DNA of 63,362 nucleotides, counting the filler, from Intoshia linei (lineage: Eukaryota; Animalia; Orthonectida): NCBI GenBank assembly GCA_001642005.1. It is 9 parts of 9 records of this genome, joined end to end, with 100 filler letters (N's around TTAATTAATTAA, not from the genome) between each part and the next. Parts side by side here need not be neighbours in the genome. Positions count along the whole stretch, not along the records: positions 61,235 to 63,362 come from LWCA01002395.1; 8 more parts are not named here. One strand, 5' to 3'. Under the pieces are notes generated by a model. It was not told the origin of the DNA. It saw nothing but the letters and a program-made list of their open reading frames with translations, and did not search any database. Within the stretch, counting starts at the first letter, position 1. Each line of letters opens with the position of its first letter. Both the position numbers and the translations under genes were made by a program. Positions 62,923 to 63,362 of the stretch are shown here, one piece after another.

Positions 62923-63362
62923 GTAATTTTAATTATACATAAAAAAGTTACATTATATAATATTAATAATAAAATTCATATAATCATTTTTCAGCAGGCA
63001 TACTATATTATTTTCATAAAAATTGCCTAATTAAAAAATCCAATATTTTTGATATTTTATAAATGTATAATAGCATGCAAAAAGCTAATATTGTTTCACT
63101 TTTCGAATTGATCAGAGCCCGAAGATCTATAATTTTAGAAAATACAACAGATGTTATACACACCGTTAAAAATTCAACAATTGTATGACCATAATTATGC
63201 GTTCTTTTCCGGTCAAATTGCAAACAAAAATCTTTTTTAAAGAACTAAATATTCGAATTTATTCTATCTGTACAACAATCAATTTCTTTGTTCAAAGCAC
63301 GCATGCACATTGTTCTACAAGGAATGATAGAATTAGTGATTGTTTTTAGAATCGTTTGCATT

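Overview
Very AT-rich animal (metazoan) genomic scaffold, not prokaryotic. It consists of nine contig segments separated by eight artificial 100-bp spacers (44 N + TTAATTAATTAA + 44 N). Host genes are divergent and broken by many tiny GT-AG introns (often 34-57 nt, several exactly 36-38 nt) plus a few TE-filled long introns. This compact, fast-evolving style is compatible with the orthonectid Intoshia (inference only). Genes recognised by manual splicing and recalled homology on the minus strand: ARMC9, an SLK/LOK (Slik) STE20 kinase, the 3' part of a paired-class homeobox gene, the CNBHD end of an ERG-type KCNH channel, Axin, an unknown Tyr/Pro/Asn-rich protein, an LSm-like exon, a UTX/KDM6A-like TPR exon, a secreted cysteine-rich (TB-like) protein, a TSP3-TSP_C-LamG thrombospondin-superfamily protein, MESD/boca and MRPS34. 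An SLC5 (SMIT/SGLT-type) transporter is on the plus strand. The rest is dense DNA-transposon debris: hAT MITEs with 8-bp TSDs, Tc1/Tc3, mariner, a Sola2-like transposase, and an abundant non-autonomous Helitron-like family. Most interesting leads: (1) an operon-like MRPS34-MESD pair with 46 nt or less between the ORFs, acceptor-like AGs just before start codons and a near-total minus-strand bias, suggesting polycistronic or trans-spliced expression; (2) a natural Ser-to-Asp substitution at the SLK activation-loop phosphosite; (3) a TCF+helper Wnt-response cluster upstream of Axin; (4) unusual ECM domain architectures; (5) Helitron copies sitting exactly at GTAA|T splice donors. Gene models were spliced by eye, and boundaries marked ~ are approximate.
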